From: Camelus ferus
Taxonomy: Eukaryota
Assembly (NCBI RefSeq): GCF_009834535.1
Contig: NC_045696.1
Location: 21,702,001-21,766,000 of the forward strand
DNA length: 64,000 nt
Direction: 5' to 3'
Shown: positions 52,761-64,000 of the stretch, piece by piece
How positions within the stretch are numbered: position 1 is the stretch's first letter
Layout of the letters: the number at the start of each line of letters is the position of its first letter
Translations under genes and position numbers: made by a program
Notes under the pieces: generated by a model
What the model saw: only the letters and a program-made list of their open reading frames with translations
What the model was told of the DNA's origin: nothing
Databases searched by the model: none

Positions 52761-55700
52761 TTGGCTCACTCTTGGTTCGCTGTACTTCTCTTTTTTACAC
52801 TTAAGTAAGTACATACCTATATTTTAAAAACAGATTTTTACTTAATAGATGAAATAAAAATACCCACATGTATAAAACTCTTGTCCCTACTCACGAAAAG
52901 GAATAATAAGTGAACAGATCCTCAATGTCCACCTCCTTTTACAATAGAACTACCCTTTACACACTTGACTTTTATTTTTTCAAGTTTCATTATGGACTCA
53001 TGGCCCTTCATTAAGCATTCATTTTATTAACTAGGATAATTACGATTCATATGATGCTCAAGTTGTTTTCCTATTTAATCTGGCTCCTTTGTTCTTTTAA
53101 AATTACCTCTGAGATTCTTGAAAAGTTCATTACTCTCTGACAACAGCACTACGTTTTGGAAGCAGTCTAAATTTTAATTGCTTTTAAAAATTAGAGTTGG
53201 CAATTTTCTTAGGAATCCTTTCCATTCAGTGGAGAATAGTAATAGGGACCAAAAGCATTGTGCTGTGGGTAAACATTGGGCTTGGCGGTGGGCAAACTTG
53301 CTGAGGTCGCTTTATGCCACCGTTAGTAATGGTAGAACATAAAAAACTTTCAGTTTATATTATTGATATATTCCCATTGATTTTTTTTTTCCTTTTAGCA
53401 TATTGTGTTGCTCTATCTACCTTACCACGTTTATTTCCTACCACAATGAAAATCCCACTTAGAAGAGGATAGCTTCATGTTCGGAGTAGTGACATTATTT
53501 ACACCGCAGCACATAGCAACATAGAGTGGGGTAGCGCCAGCTCATCCCATCCAGTGCAGCATCTGTGGAGCACCTACTGTGTACCAAGAAGTGTGCTAGT
53601 CTTTGAGGTTAGAAACATGTCTCTCTGCTTTTTCTAAGCCTGTACCTTTCTTTCCCTTGCTACTGAGGAAAACACTTTGCTTGGACAGAGCAGGCAAAGG
53701 CTAAATGTAGCAGAAGTTCAGCCAACTTTCCCTACCTAAAGCTATCCTATTTCCCTTTAGCCTCTGCTGGCTTGGGGTCTGCCTAGCCAGTGGGTTATCT
53801 CCTGTTCCCATCCCCACCTGTCTTCTGTCCTATAACATTTCCTTGGTCAATTAGAATGCAGATGCTTTGAAACAGGGATATTTTTGGAACATGTCTCCTT
53901 TCTTCATCTGCAATGATGTCTCTGAAGGCTTTATTCTTCTATCTCTTGGTTTTAGGAGGATAGAAAAATCTGGGGAGGATTTTGTATTGCTCAGTATCCC
54001 AACAGTGATTACAAAGTACAGAATCTTGGGTCCCACACCAACCTTCCAAATTAGAATCTCTGGAGGTAGAAACTAAGAAACTGAATTTTAGCAAATTTCT
54101 GTTGATTCATAAACTTTAAGTACCATTGGCTATGACGTCTGTATTCTCAAGTCTTTATCATCTGAGAGAAAGAGGTGGTCTTGTGTTAGTGTTGGGCTCG
54201 TGGTGGGTAAATTAAGTGCATAGACACAGAAAGGTACGTGGAGTAAGACTTGAGAGAGAAATGCAATGATACGTGTTGGGGAGATAATTCCATTCCACAG
54301 TGCTACTTACAGATGCAGGAAAAATGCTATATTCCATGCAGCACATTAACAATTTCAGGTATCGTTAAGAATGTGTCAGAACAACATTCCTGTAAATCAC
54401 ATTAGACCAGGAGCTTGAAACATGTATGTTTAAACTTCACAGTTGGTGGTTCACGTATTGGTTTTCTACTCAAAACTCTAAAATAATGAGAGAAAATGGT
54501 GATTACTAAACTTTGCATTACCTACAAGCTGTCTCATATCAGTAATTATATTTATGGTTCTCAGATGGAGTACAGTGCTTCCAAGAGAGATAATTTGGGA
54601 ATTTAGCTACTGAACTGCATTATTTTATTGACACTGCATTATTTTATCATTGACTTAAATCTATAGCAAATAAACTGCATATAGCACTCTGAACTTTTAT
54701 GTAATTTTTTAAAATAAAATATGCAGAAAGCATTTAAGGAGATAATTCTATCATTTTTTTAAATAAATGTACTCTATTAACTTCAAAATAGAATTTATAT
54801 AATGGGCTCATACTCCCTTTGAGCAAATTTTTATAGTTATTATTTAAATGGTATACCATTAATATAGTTAGTATTATTTATAATTTAATATATAAATGCA
54901 TTGGGTATATAACATATAATGCAGACTATAATATGTGTAAATAAATATAATCAAATACAAAGGAGGAAACATGGTGTGGCAATTTTAAGATTAAATTTCT
55001 TCTAAATATTGAGTAAATATAGAAATCAAATGCTGAATAAAAACATACAATTCTTTAAAAAGAGTAACCAGCTGTTACCTAACAGGCATGCTAATCCAGT
55101 GACAGCCCCAATCAGCTTGGCTATTGGAAACAAACTTGTGATAGAGGGAAAAACTCAGGGATGGGACATGAGGGAGGAGATTTCACTCCATCCCTTCCTT
55201 CTCCCTGAGCAGGCCAGGGCGGGCAGGGGAGTTCCAGGGTTCAGTGGGAGTGGGTGCGGTCAGAACATCTGAAATAATCATTATGTCCAGCTTGACCAAA
55301 GTCCTGATTCCTCTGTGCCGGAAAAGAGAGAGTGAGAAGGCCTTCTGACAATCAGAGGGGCCTCTGTGGCACCGTAATGCCTTCCCAGCCCAGCATCTGG
55401 GCAGTTAAGGAGTTGCAACCAGCTGCTAGGAGCAGAGACATCAGCCCCTGGCTGAGCCTAGGTAACTCTGTGTCTCCCCCTCCTGCCCCTAATGTTCTCA
55501 GCTTTTCCCACAGAACCCTGCCAAGAGCTCCATGAGGCACCCCAGCTCCTGGTGCAAGGGCAGCTTCTAAAGTCAGTCCCACGTCAGGTCTCCACCCTAT
55601 CATTTTAAACCGTCAGCACCCAGTTTGTTCCAACTGTAAAAGCCGTAGAAACTGGGATAAGGATGAAATGAGATGATGCCGTCAAAGTACTTGGCATCAC

Positions 55701-56595
55701 GCTCGGCACAAAGCAGCTTCCCCATGAATGGGAGTTGTTCTATTGCTATGAAGCACTCAAGGAAGTTCCCTCAGATTTTAATGCAGTGTGGTTGTAAGTG
55801 GACGCTTACTGAATGCCTGGGCTTTGCGGATGACTGCTACTTGATCAAACATAATCCTTTGGGAAATATAACGACGTAATGAATAGATAGAAAGATAAAC
55901 AGATGGACTTCAAACAACTTCAATGCCCCTTTATATTTGTAGGTAACTTGGATTTTAACCTTTGAAATAGCACATGACACTAGGCATTTGAGACTACTGA
56001 GAATTAAGTCACTGGTTCTGCTAAGACTGTGTTACTGAATTTTTACATCATTGTGACTATGGCTCAGGTGGCTTAATTCCAGCTGTTCACTGGTCATTTC
56101 TTGGCATGAAGGTGTTGCAGGCCAATAGCACATATAGGAGTCCCTGTACACTTTCAAATTACAATATACTCTTCAATTTAATCTGCCTACAATACAAATG
56201 TCATCTTTTACCAGTACATTCTCAATATCAACGTTGTATGTGGAAAACCATTGTGTGGAAATCACTCAAGTTGGTGTGTTAGTTTATAAGCATTATAATA
56301 GGTTGTATTGCTTATATGAACTCTGTGAATTCAAGGACCCCCCCCCCCGAACAAGAGATGCTGCTGAACCTCTTTCCGTTATTACCCGAGCTGCGTGGTT
56401 GTCTGAGGAGACCCTGGACCAAGATGCAGTCACCACAGTGGAATGCACTATAAAGCAGTGGTTCTCAAACCTCACCATACAGCACCATAATCTTCAAGAT
56501 TCAATTTGAAAATGAATTCTTAAAAGTGCTCCTCTCCATCCCAGATTCATTAAATCAGAGACGGGAGATGGGCAAGTAACAGTGTTATTTGAAAG

Positions 56596-56690
56596 AATGT
56601 ATGCATGTATGTGTTACTGAATCACTGTGCTGTACACCAGAAACACAGCATTGTAAGTCAACTATACTGCAGTTTAAAAAAAAAAAAAAG
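56596..56690 (+). mobile_element. Very short L1 3' tail with poly(A), inserted in a MER5-like element starting at about 56456
   Basis: actgaatcactgtgctgtacaccagaaacacagcattgtaagtcaactatact then A-run; upstream cagtggttctcaaac hAT TIR. Confidence 0.75.
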
Positions 56691-56865
56691 AGAGATGATT
56701 TAAAAGATGTGATAAAGATTAGCATTAATTAAGGCTTCATCTATGATCTGATCAGAAAAATAAAAATTAATGGAAAATTTTTAAAGAAGAATTCTTCAGA
56801 GAAATTCAAGGATATCTGAGGATGAGAACACATAGCCCTGAAGCACCTGCTATGAAGATCTCTAG

Positions 56866-57117
<252 letters not shown>

Positions 57118-58292
57118 TAGTCATCTCATCTGCCCAAGTTAATTCAAAATTAGATTTAAGTATTATCAGTACCAGTGCATTAATAGTCCATAAAAGTTGG
57201 ATCATTTGTTACAGAAATCATTATAATTTAAATGGAATTGGGGAATGGAGAGAAACATATTAAATTACCTTCATCAAGGTGCTTAAATCCAACTTTCTAG
57301 GAAATTAACCAGTGAAATATAACCCTCGGAGCCTTCTGTAACAGTGGGCTCGGAGGAGCAGCCCAGAGAAAATGTCACACTCTAATACATGCCTTCTCTG
57401 GCTCTCCTGTGCAAGAAAGGCAGGTCCCCCTGCCACAAAGGTCAGAGTAGAGCAAACTGAGAGATGAGAGTATGTTCCAGGAGCAAAGTGAGTAAGAACT
57501 GCTACCCACAAAGGAGAGTCAACAGCATCCATGAAAATGGCAGGTGGAGGACTTCCTCCAAATACCTGGATAATGTGCGAGAAATCACCTGGGGGAGTGA
57601 ACTTTACCCCGAAGGGCTCTGCTCAGCTCCAGCCTTCACTCTAAGACTCTCCAGTGCCCAGGCAGGAGGAAGTGCTGCTGTCTCTGTGCTCCTGTGGCAC
57701 TGGGTCTCCACGTGCATCAGAGCGCTTGTCCAGGGCAGACTGTTGCCACGGTTAGTTGTATTAACCCTGTCCTTTTATTCCCTTTGGTGTCTACCCTGGG
57801 TTTTACAGGTCGTGGATGCTGAATAAATGTTCGGAGGCTTGCCAGTTGTTGGAGAAGTGCATAAAAAGCCAGCAACCAGTGCTAATGCCTCCATAAGGGT
57901 TCTGTGAAACAATCGCCTAAAAGCTTTGTTAATGTGGAGATAGTTGGGGAAAATCAAGGAAGCCTCAGAACATTGGCACAAGTTGCTCTTAGTTGATGCT
58001 GAGAAACAGCCTTACCAAGATTTTCACAGAACTGGCACCACATTCTATTAAGTACCGTGATTATTTAGAAATCAAATATAAATGACTAATTCCAGAACTA
58101 AGACATTGTCTACATTAGAGTAACTAGGAGACAATGTGGAGGAACTTAAAAAGCCACCAGTGGTACCTGATTCACTAGCAAAGAAGTGCTGCTCTGGAAA
58201 GCTTCTTTCCCCTAAGATTGATGTCAAAAAAATGTCCAGCCAGGATAAAACAAAAACACATTTTTTTTGTTTAGATGAAATGTTGAAAATGA

Positions 58293-58550
<258 letters not shown>

Positions 58551-61480
58551 TAACAGTTTTCTGCAAAATCTCTTAAAAGCACTGTTAGGCTTATATTCAT
58601 ATGTTGTATATTTGCATAATTTAATTTTTTTCCCAAATTGTGTGAATTATATTATAAAACTACAATTTTTATTGGAGGGGAATTCAAGCATTCTCCAAAC
58701 TCAATATCTAATTTAAGTATTACAAACACTCTGATAAAGGGAAAAGATACAGCTATTGAAATGAATATAACCAAGGGCTACAAAATTGTATCTCTGTAAA
58801 ACATGGATAAAGTCTTATCAAAATAAAATCTCATCAAAAACCCAATTATTAGCTGTTACATTTCTCAAATCAATAAAGCTATTATTATTTGTCACATAAA
58901 GGCTTCACACTCACATTCCCTAAAATGAGAAGGGGATCAGTTTTATCACGCTGGTTCTGCCTACTGACAAGGAGACTCAGATATGGCCAATATAAATAGA
59001 TATACCATTGACTCACTAGCGTCATTTAATAGCACATTCTCCAATCAAAGAAAAGATGCATATTAAAAATAAGCAAACTTTTTAAAAAAGCCTTCATACT
59101 CTCTAAATGTAACTGTGAGGCTCATTGGTTTTGAAATTCCTAATAGGAGATACTCCATGTAGGATAATGTTTGACAACTCATCAATAGTTAAGCAAAGAG
59201 GAAAAACTATTGTCTGGTGGGAGAACCTGGTCTCTGCAGTCACAACAGGTCAGAGCCGTGATATTTAAAAATCCTAATTGCACTTGAGATGAAAAGGCAT
59301 AGAATCCTGCGGAAAGATGCAGATGCCAGCAACAAAGGATTCACAGCTAAAATATCCTTACTTCTTGTGAATGTGAGCATAAAGTCTAAGTCGAATCCTT
59401 GCCTGATGATTCCAAAAAACGTTATTCACTGCAATTACATTATGTTGCTGAAATGCTTCATTTCTGCCATCCATAAAATACACTGAAGTCAAAGACTGTA
59501 AATTCTTCTATTTCCTCCACTTGAAAAATGTCATGACTTATTAAATCTGAAATCTAAAGAGTAACAATGATTCTTAGATAAAAATTTTCTCTATCGGACT
59601 TCAAGTAAAATACATCTATGACCACAGTGTACTCTTCAAAAAACAAATTATCCACTAACAAAATATAAGACTCTATTCCATAGGAAATTATTATTTTTTT
59701 AAGAGCTGAGTAAACTTGCTCCCATTTGCTTATTGGTACTAAAGATATGCATTTAATTGGCTTAAGGGAAGTCTCTCAGAGTGATATGGAGCCAAGAAAA
59801 AAAAAAATCTACATCTGAGATCAATTTCATTTAGGAATAAACAGATCATGTTTGAATACTTCCTGGGTGATGGCAATTTTAATGAATTCTATGAACTTTG
59901 TCTGAGGGTTTCCAACTACTTCTAAAACCTCAGTTTTCCCCTCTTTGAGTATTTTACACTAATTAATTTTCTAGGAAGATCATGAACATGTTGCTTACTA
60001 AGAAGTAATGAAGTAGTCAATTAAATTAAGGCAATTGGTCAACTTAAAATATCATTACTGACATTTTTATGTTTTGTGTGTGTGAATATGTGTATTCTCA
60101 ATTATTCTCATGGCAACTCATGTTGACAGATGTCACATGTAAGAACACTGCTCAAATTTTCCTTTACCAAAAAGTTTTATCACATACCCAGCCAATTTTT
60201 TACCCCTTGACAAGCAGCAAAATTGTCTTTGATCTTTATTATAAAGCTAAGTCTACCAGCCCATTCTTGATCTTCATAGAGCAAATGACAGTGAAATGCT
60301 GAAAGTTCTCCTCCATCATAACCTCTTTAATTCACTTTTTAAACTTAAAGTCTATTGTCAAGCTTTAAAAATCATCCAGCTGCTGGAGTCACTGGTACCA
60401 GCTGGCATCAGCTCCCAACTTCACATTCACTGTCACTCTGGCACCCTGAAATGGACCGTGGTTGGAGTGTTTACAGCGGGCTAATTGGCAGACAATACAC
60501 ATTGGGGCTTTGTTTTTCATTTCTTGAAGATCAGTTATTAAACATTTATCAACCCACCACTAGGTTATACGTACATTGTTTTGCACCTAAATTATACACA
60601 CGCAGGTAGACACACACACATACACACACATACATACATTTCTTATCTTCTTAGTGTGGGTGTTAAACTTAGCTGGAAATGAGATCACCTGCATTTTTGC
60701 AACAATGTTGGCTGTCAAATGTACCCCCTTATCCTCAACTTTCTGCCTCTCTTGAGAAACTAAATAAACCTGCCAATTATTAGAAAATGCTTACCAGTTA
60801 CCTTTTCTAGGGCACTAGACACCTGCGTTTTTCATGTCTCTCTTGGGATCAGTATTCCTGTAAACAGAGATTCGTGCTTCCAGTAGATGAGTCATTTTTG
60901 TAAAAAGCGTGGAAGTATACTCTGCCACTAAATGCCTCCTTTCTCTTCGCCTGCACGTGGCTGACAAGCTGATTGCCCTTAGACCAGGGCACAGTTCATC
61001 TGAGCTTTGTCTCCTGCTCAGTGTGCACCTGCTCGCTCACACTGCATCACACAGGAGCTGAATGCCATTATCCGGGAGCACCTCTTCAGGTGCCAGATGA
61101 AAAGCACGCCTGGATTTCTGAGCCTTTGCTAATTTCCATGAATGAAACTCTTTATGTTGGTCGGCTTTTTTCCCCCCATGAGTAATGCTGTAACTGTTTA
61201 AAATTACTGAAAATACCTAAAGGCTATCTAGTCTAATCTACCACCCTGTTGGCCCTTGGAAACTAAAGAAGTGCTTTACTGTTATCCATTTGGCAAAATC
61301 CACAGATGGGCTTTATTATGTGCTTGAAAGTACGAGGTTTAGCATTTAGCTCCTTTATACGTACACACAGTACTTGATAATGAGCGTGAACTGCTGAAAT
61401 AAAGAAGACTGATGGTGGCTCATTCAGTGATGCATGCTGATCACTTCTGACTGACGGGCTGGCTGCATTATCCGTGTTGA

Positions 61481-61672
<192 letters not shown>

Positions 61673-61837
61673 TGATGACTTCGTTGCTCAACAAGGATCA
61701 GGGAACACAGAAATCTTCAGGGTGCTAATTTTTCATTTCTTCTTTTTCAAAACTGTGACTTTTTACTTTTCTGTGTGGCTTTTGCATAGCTTTCCTGGGT
61801 GGACCTGAGCGTTAGAAACAAAATGGATTTTTACCGA

Positions 61838-62062
61838 CAAGGGTTACAAATCAGATGTCTTTAGGGATGAGGCATAAAATGCGGATGTCAGACAGCTGAG
61901 TAAAATATGCAGTCGTGGGCCTGGGGGTGAGCTGGAGAGTGTACCCCTTAGTTATAAGCATTTATTTCCAAATTTCCAATTCTTTAAAATTTCTATACAA
62001 AGAAAACAAACAAAAACAGATCTGCAGGCGAATTTGGCCTAGACTCCTTGTTTTCAACCCTG
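61838..62062 (+). mobile_element. MER102b-like hAT element with internal deletion
   Basis: caagggttacaaatcagatgtc...gctggagagtg...aaacaaaaacagatctgcaggcgaatttggcc...caaccctg. Confidence 0.6.
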
Positions 62063-63600
62063 GTTTAGAGGATGATCCAGGTATCCAGTGACTCAAAATA
62101 ATTTCCAGATGAAAACCAACCTGGATAGCCCGCAACATATTTGAATATCACTAGCTTTTGACTTGCATGGCTTTCAAAGAAAACCCTTACTCGCAGACTA
62201 CCCTCTTGGAAGATAAAAAAAGTCTTAACCACCTAGAAATAATGTAGCCATCTGTGAGCTCCATGAAATCTACACACACTCAATGAAAAGTAAATTCTGC
62301 TAGATTTTAGAATTATAATTAATTTGTAGGTGCAGTATGGAGTAGCCATGAAAGTATAGATTCTGTGCTCAAACTATTTGACCCTTGCTTTAACACTTAC
62401 CAGTGAGACCAGGCAAGTCACTTAGGTATGGCTGAGGGGTTTCAAAGAGGTAACACATATAAGACACTAAGTAAGCACTCAAAAATATTAACAATTTTTA
62501 TTAAGAGACTTTGTAAATAAGTTTTCTGGCATATTTTCTGTATTTGAAAATTAATAAAATATTAATGCGTTAACATCTACTGGATTAGATTAAACCTGAT
62601 AGCAGAACTGAGCAAATAATTTACAGATGTGGACGTAGCAATTTATATTGTGGACAAATGGTTTCATTTTGTTAACGTGGAAACAACTTATTTATCTTAA
62701 CACATATTAATGCATATGTCATAATTTGTCTTGATACAAGACTTTCTTAATAGACACTTAGGAAGGTGGATCTAAGTGTCCTCTAGTTAAGTCAATGGCT
62801 TGTGACATGTGAAATATTCAGCTTTGTTTTACATTTATTCTGCTTTGATGAACACTGCAAATTGAAGACAAATAGGAGAGCAAACTTGTTTAAAATTTAT
62901 CTTTGATCTTATACTTTCCTTTTAAAGTGAAAAGTGTGCTAAAGGTAAGATATATTGCCACTTAGCGGGAGATTTATAGAATTATCGTTCAAGAGGGAAA
63001 TCAGCTGTACAACTTCAATTAGAGTTAATAGGGGTTGCGTGGCAGACGCCTCCTGTACCAGGTAGGAAATATGACTGTTGACGCTACTGATGTTAGGGTC
63101 ACATTAAGCCAGTAACTCATGCCACATCTCTGAACTGTCATACTTGGCTCTGATTTCCAGAGAGTCTAAGTATGTTGTCCATTAGCAAGTAAGGAAGCTC
63201 CCACACAAGGCAATACCTTGTGTGATATGTTATCATGACTGAGTAATCAATAGTCTCGAGTCACTAGGTTGTCTTTGTTCAGCTTTAATACTGTGTTAAA
63301 CAAGAGGACTAACCGATTAAATAAGAACGCATTATTTTACATGATGCATGTTCATTACTGAGACATCACTTGAGTACGTTCTCTGAAGCATTATTTTTCC
63401 CCCTATAGTGGTGAAGAGCTTGCCTTCTTAATCATTTACACGTTCTTGAATATCTTCTGGTTTACCAACGGCTTGTGCTTGTGGGGCAGTTGTTTGGATT
63501 TTAAGGTGCCCTGTGTGGCTGTAGAAAGTTGTCTCTCTATAAAACTAAGTAAATGGCAGAAACCCATCTTGCTGACTATTCCGAGCCTTGCTCTGTACGC

Positions 63601-63785
63601 CACTGGTTTTTCAAAGCACGGCCTCTGGTCCAGCAGATCAGCATCACCCGAATACCTGCTACACAGGCAAGTTCCCGGCCCTGCCAGAGAGCTGCCGAGT
63701 CAGAAACTCCAGGCGTGGAGGTCCAGCAGCGTGTGCTAGCAAGCCCTCGGGGATTCCGACGTGATCTGAGGTTAAAGAACCACTC
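63601..63785 (+). mobile_element. MER5A, near full length
   Basis: cactggtttttcaaag...cagcagatcagcatcacc...tcagaaactcc...caagccctc...gaaccact. Confidence 0.75.
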
Positions 63786-64000
63786 CTCTAAACAAAGATG
63801 GTCTCCAACCCTCACACTCAGCTGCTAGGTCAAAGGAGGTTTTTCTTTTCCAGTAGAGCATCTAAGTGGCAGCAGACATTTTAGGTTAATACTGTACATT
63901 CTGGACATTTCCACTTCTATTTTTGGAGTACTTAACACATCTCTGGGACAGTGGAAGAAGGAGACACCTTCATTGAACAAATCAGAAAATTAAGGCAGAG

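Noticed and set aside
63745..63765. ggggattccgac as a possible GDSGG final exon
   Set aside because: Translates G-D-S-D-V, has no acceptor and lies inside a MER5A; the catalytic-Ser exon must be beyond 64000

Overview
AT-rich mammalian genomic DNA lying entirely inside one + strand gene, TMPRSS15 (enteropeptidase/enterokinase). I traced 14 consecutive coding exons by hand; they correspond to exons 11-24 if numbered back from the 25-exon human gene. All have GT-AG boundaries and matching phases, and they splice into an uninterrupted 1733-nt ORF (about 578 codons). This ORF covers the C-terminal MAM domain, CUB2, LDLa2, SRCR, the activation site (SPK|IIGG) and most of the protease light chain: His57, Asp102, the RRRK exosite and S1 Asp189. 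The 5' exons and the last exon (GDSGGP, catalytic Ser) lie outside the window. The introns hold eutherian repeats (L2, MIR, L3/CR1, L1M, MER5A, Charlie4a, Charlie18a, MER102b), younger artiodactyl-type L1 3' ends, ERV LTR pieces and a Vic-1-like tRNA SINE. That SINE points to a camelid (alpaca/llama/camel). Repeat family names and ortholog comparisons come from recalled consensus sequences, not database searches. I found no evidence of a new multi-gene system. The best second-look items are an in-frame alternative acceptor and an apparent GC-biased substitution burst in exon 24, the acidic IIGG activation region, and a templated-insertion repair scar next to exon 12.
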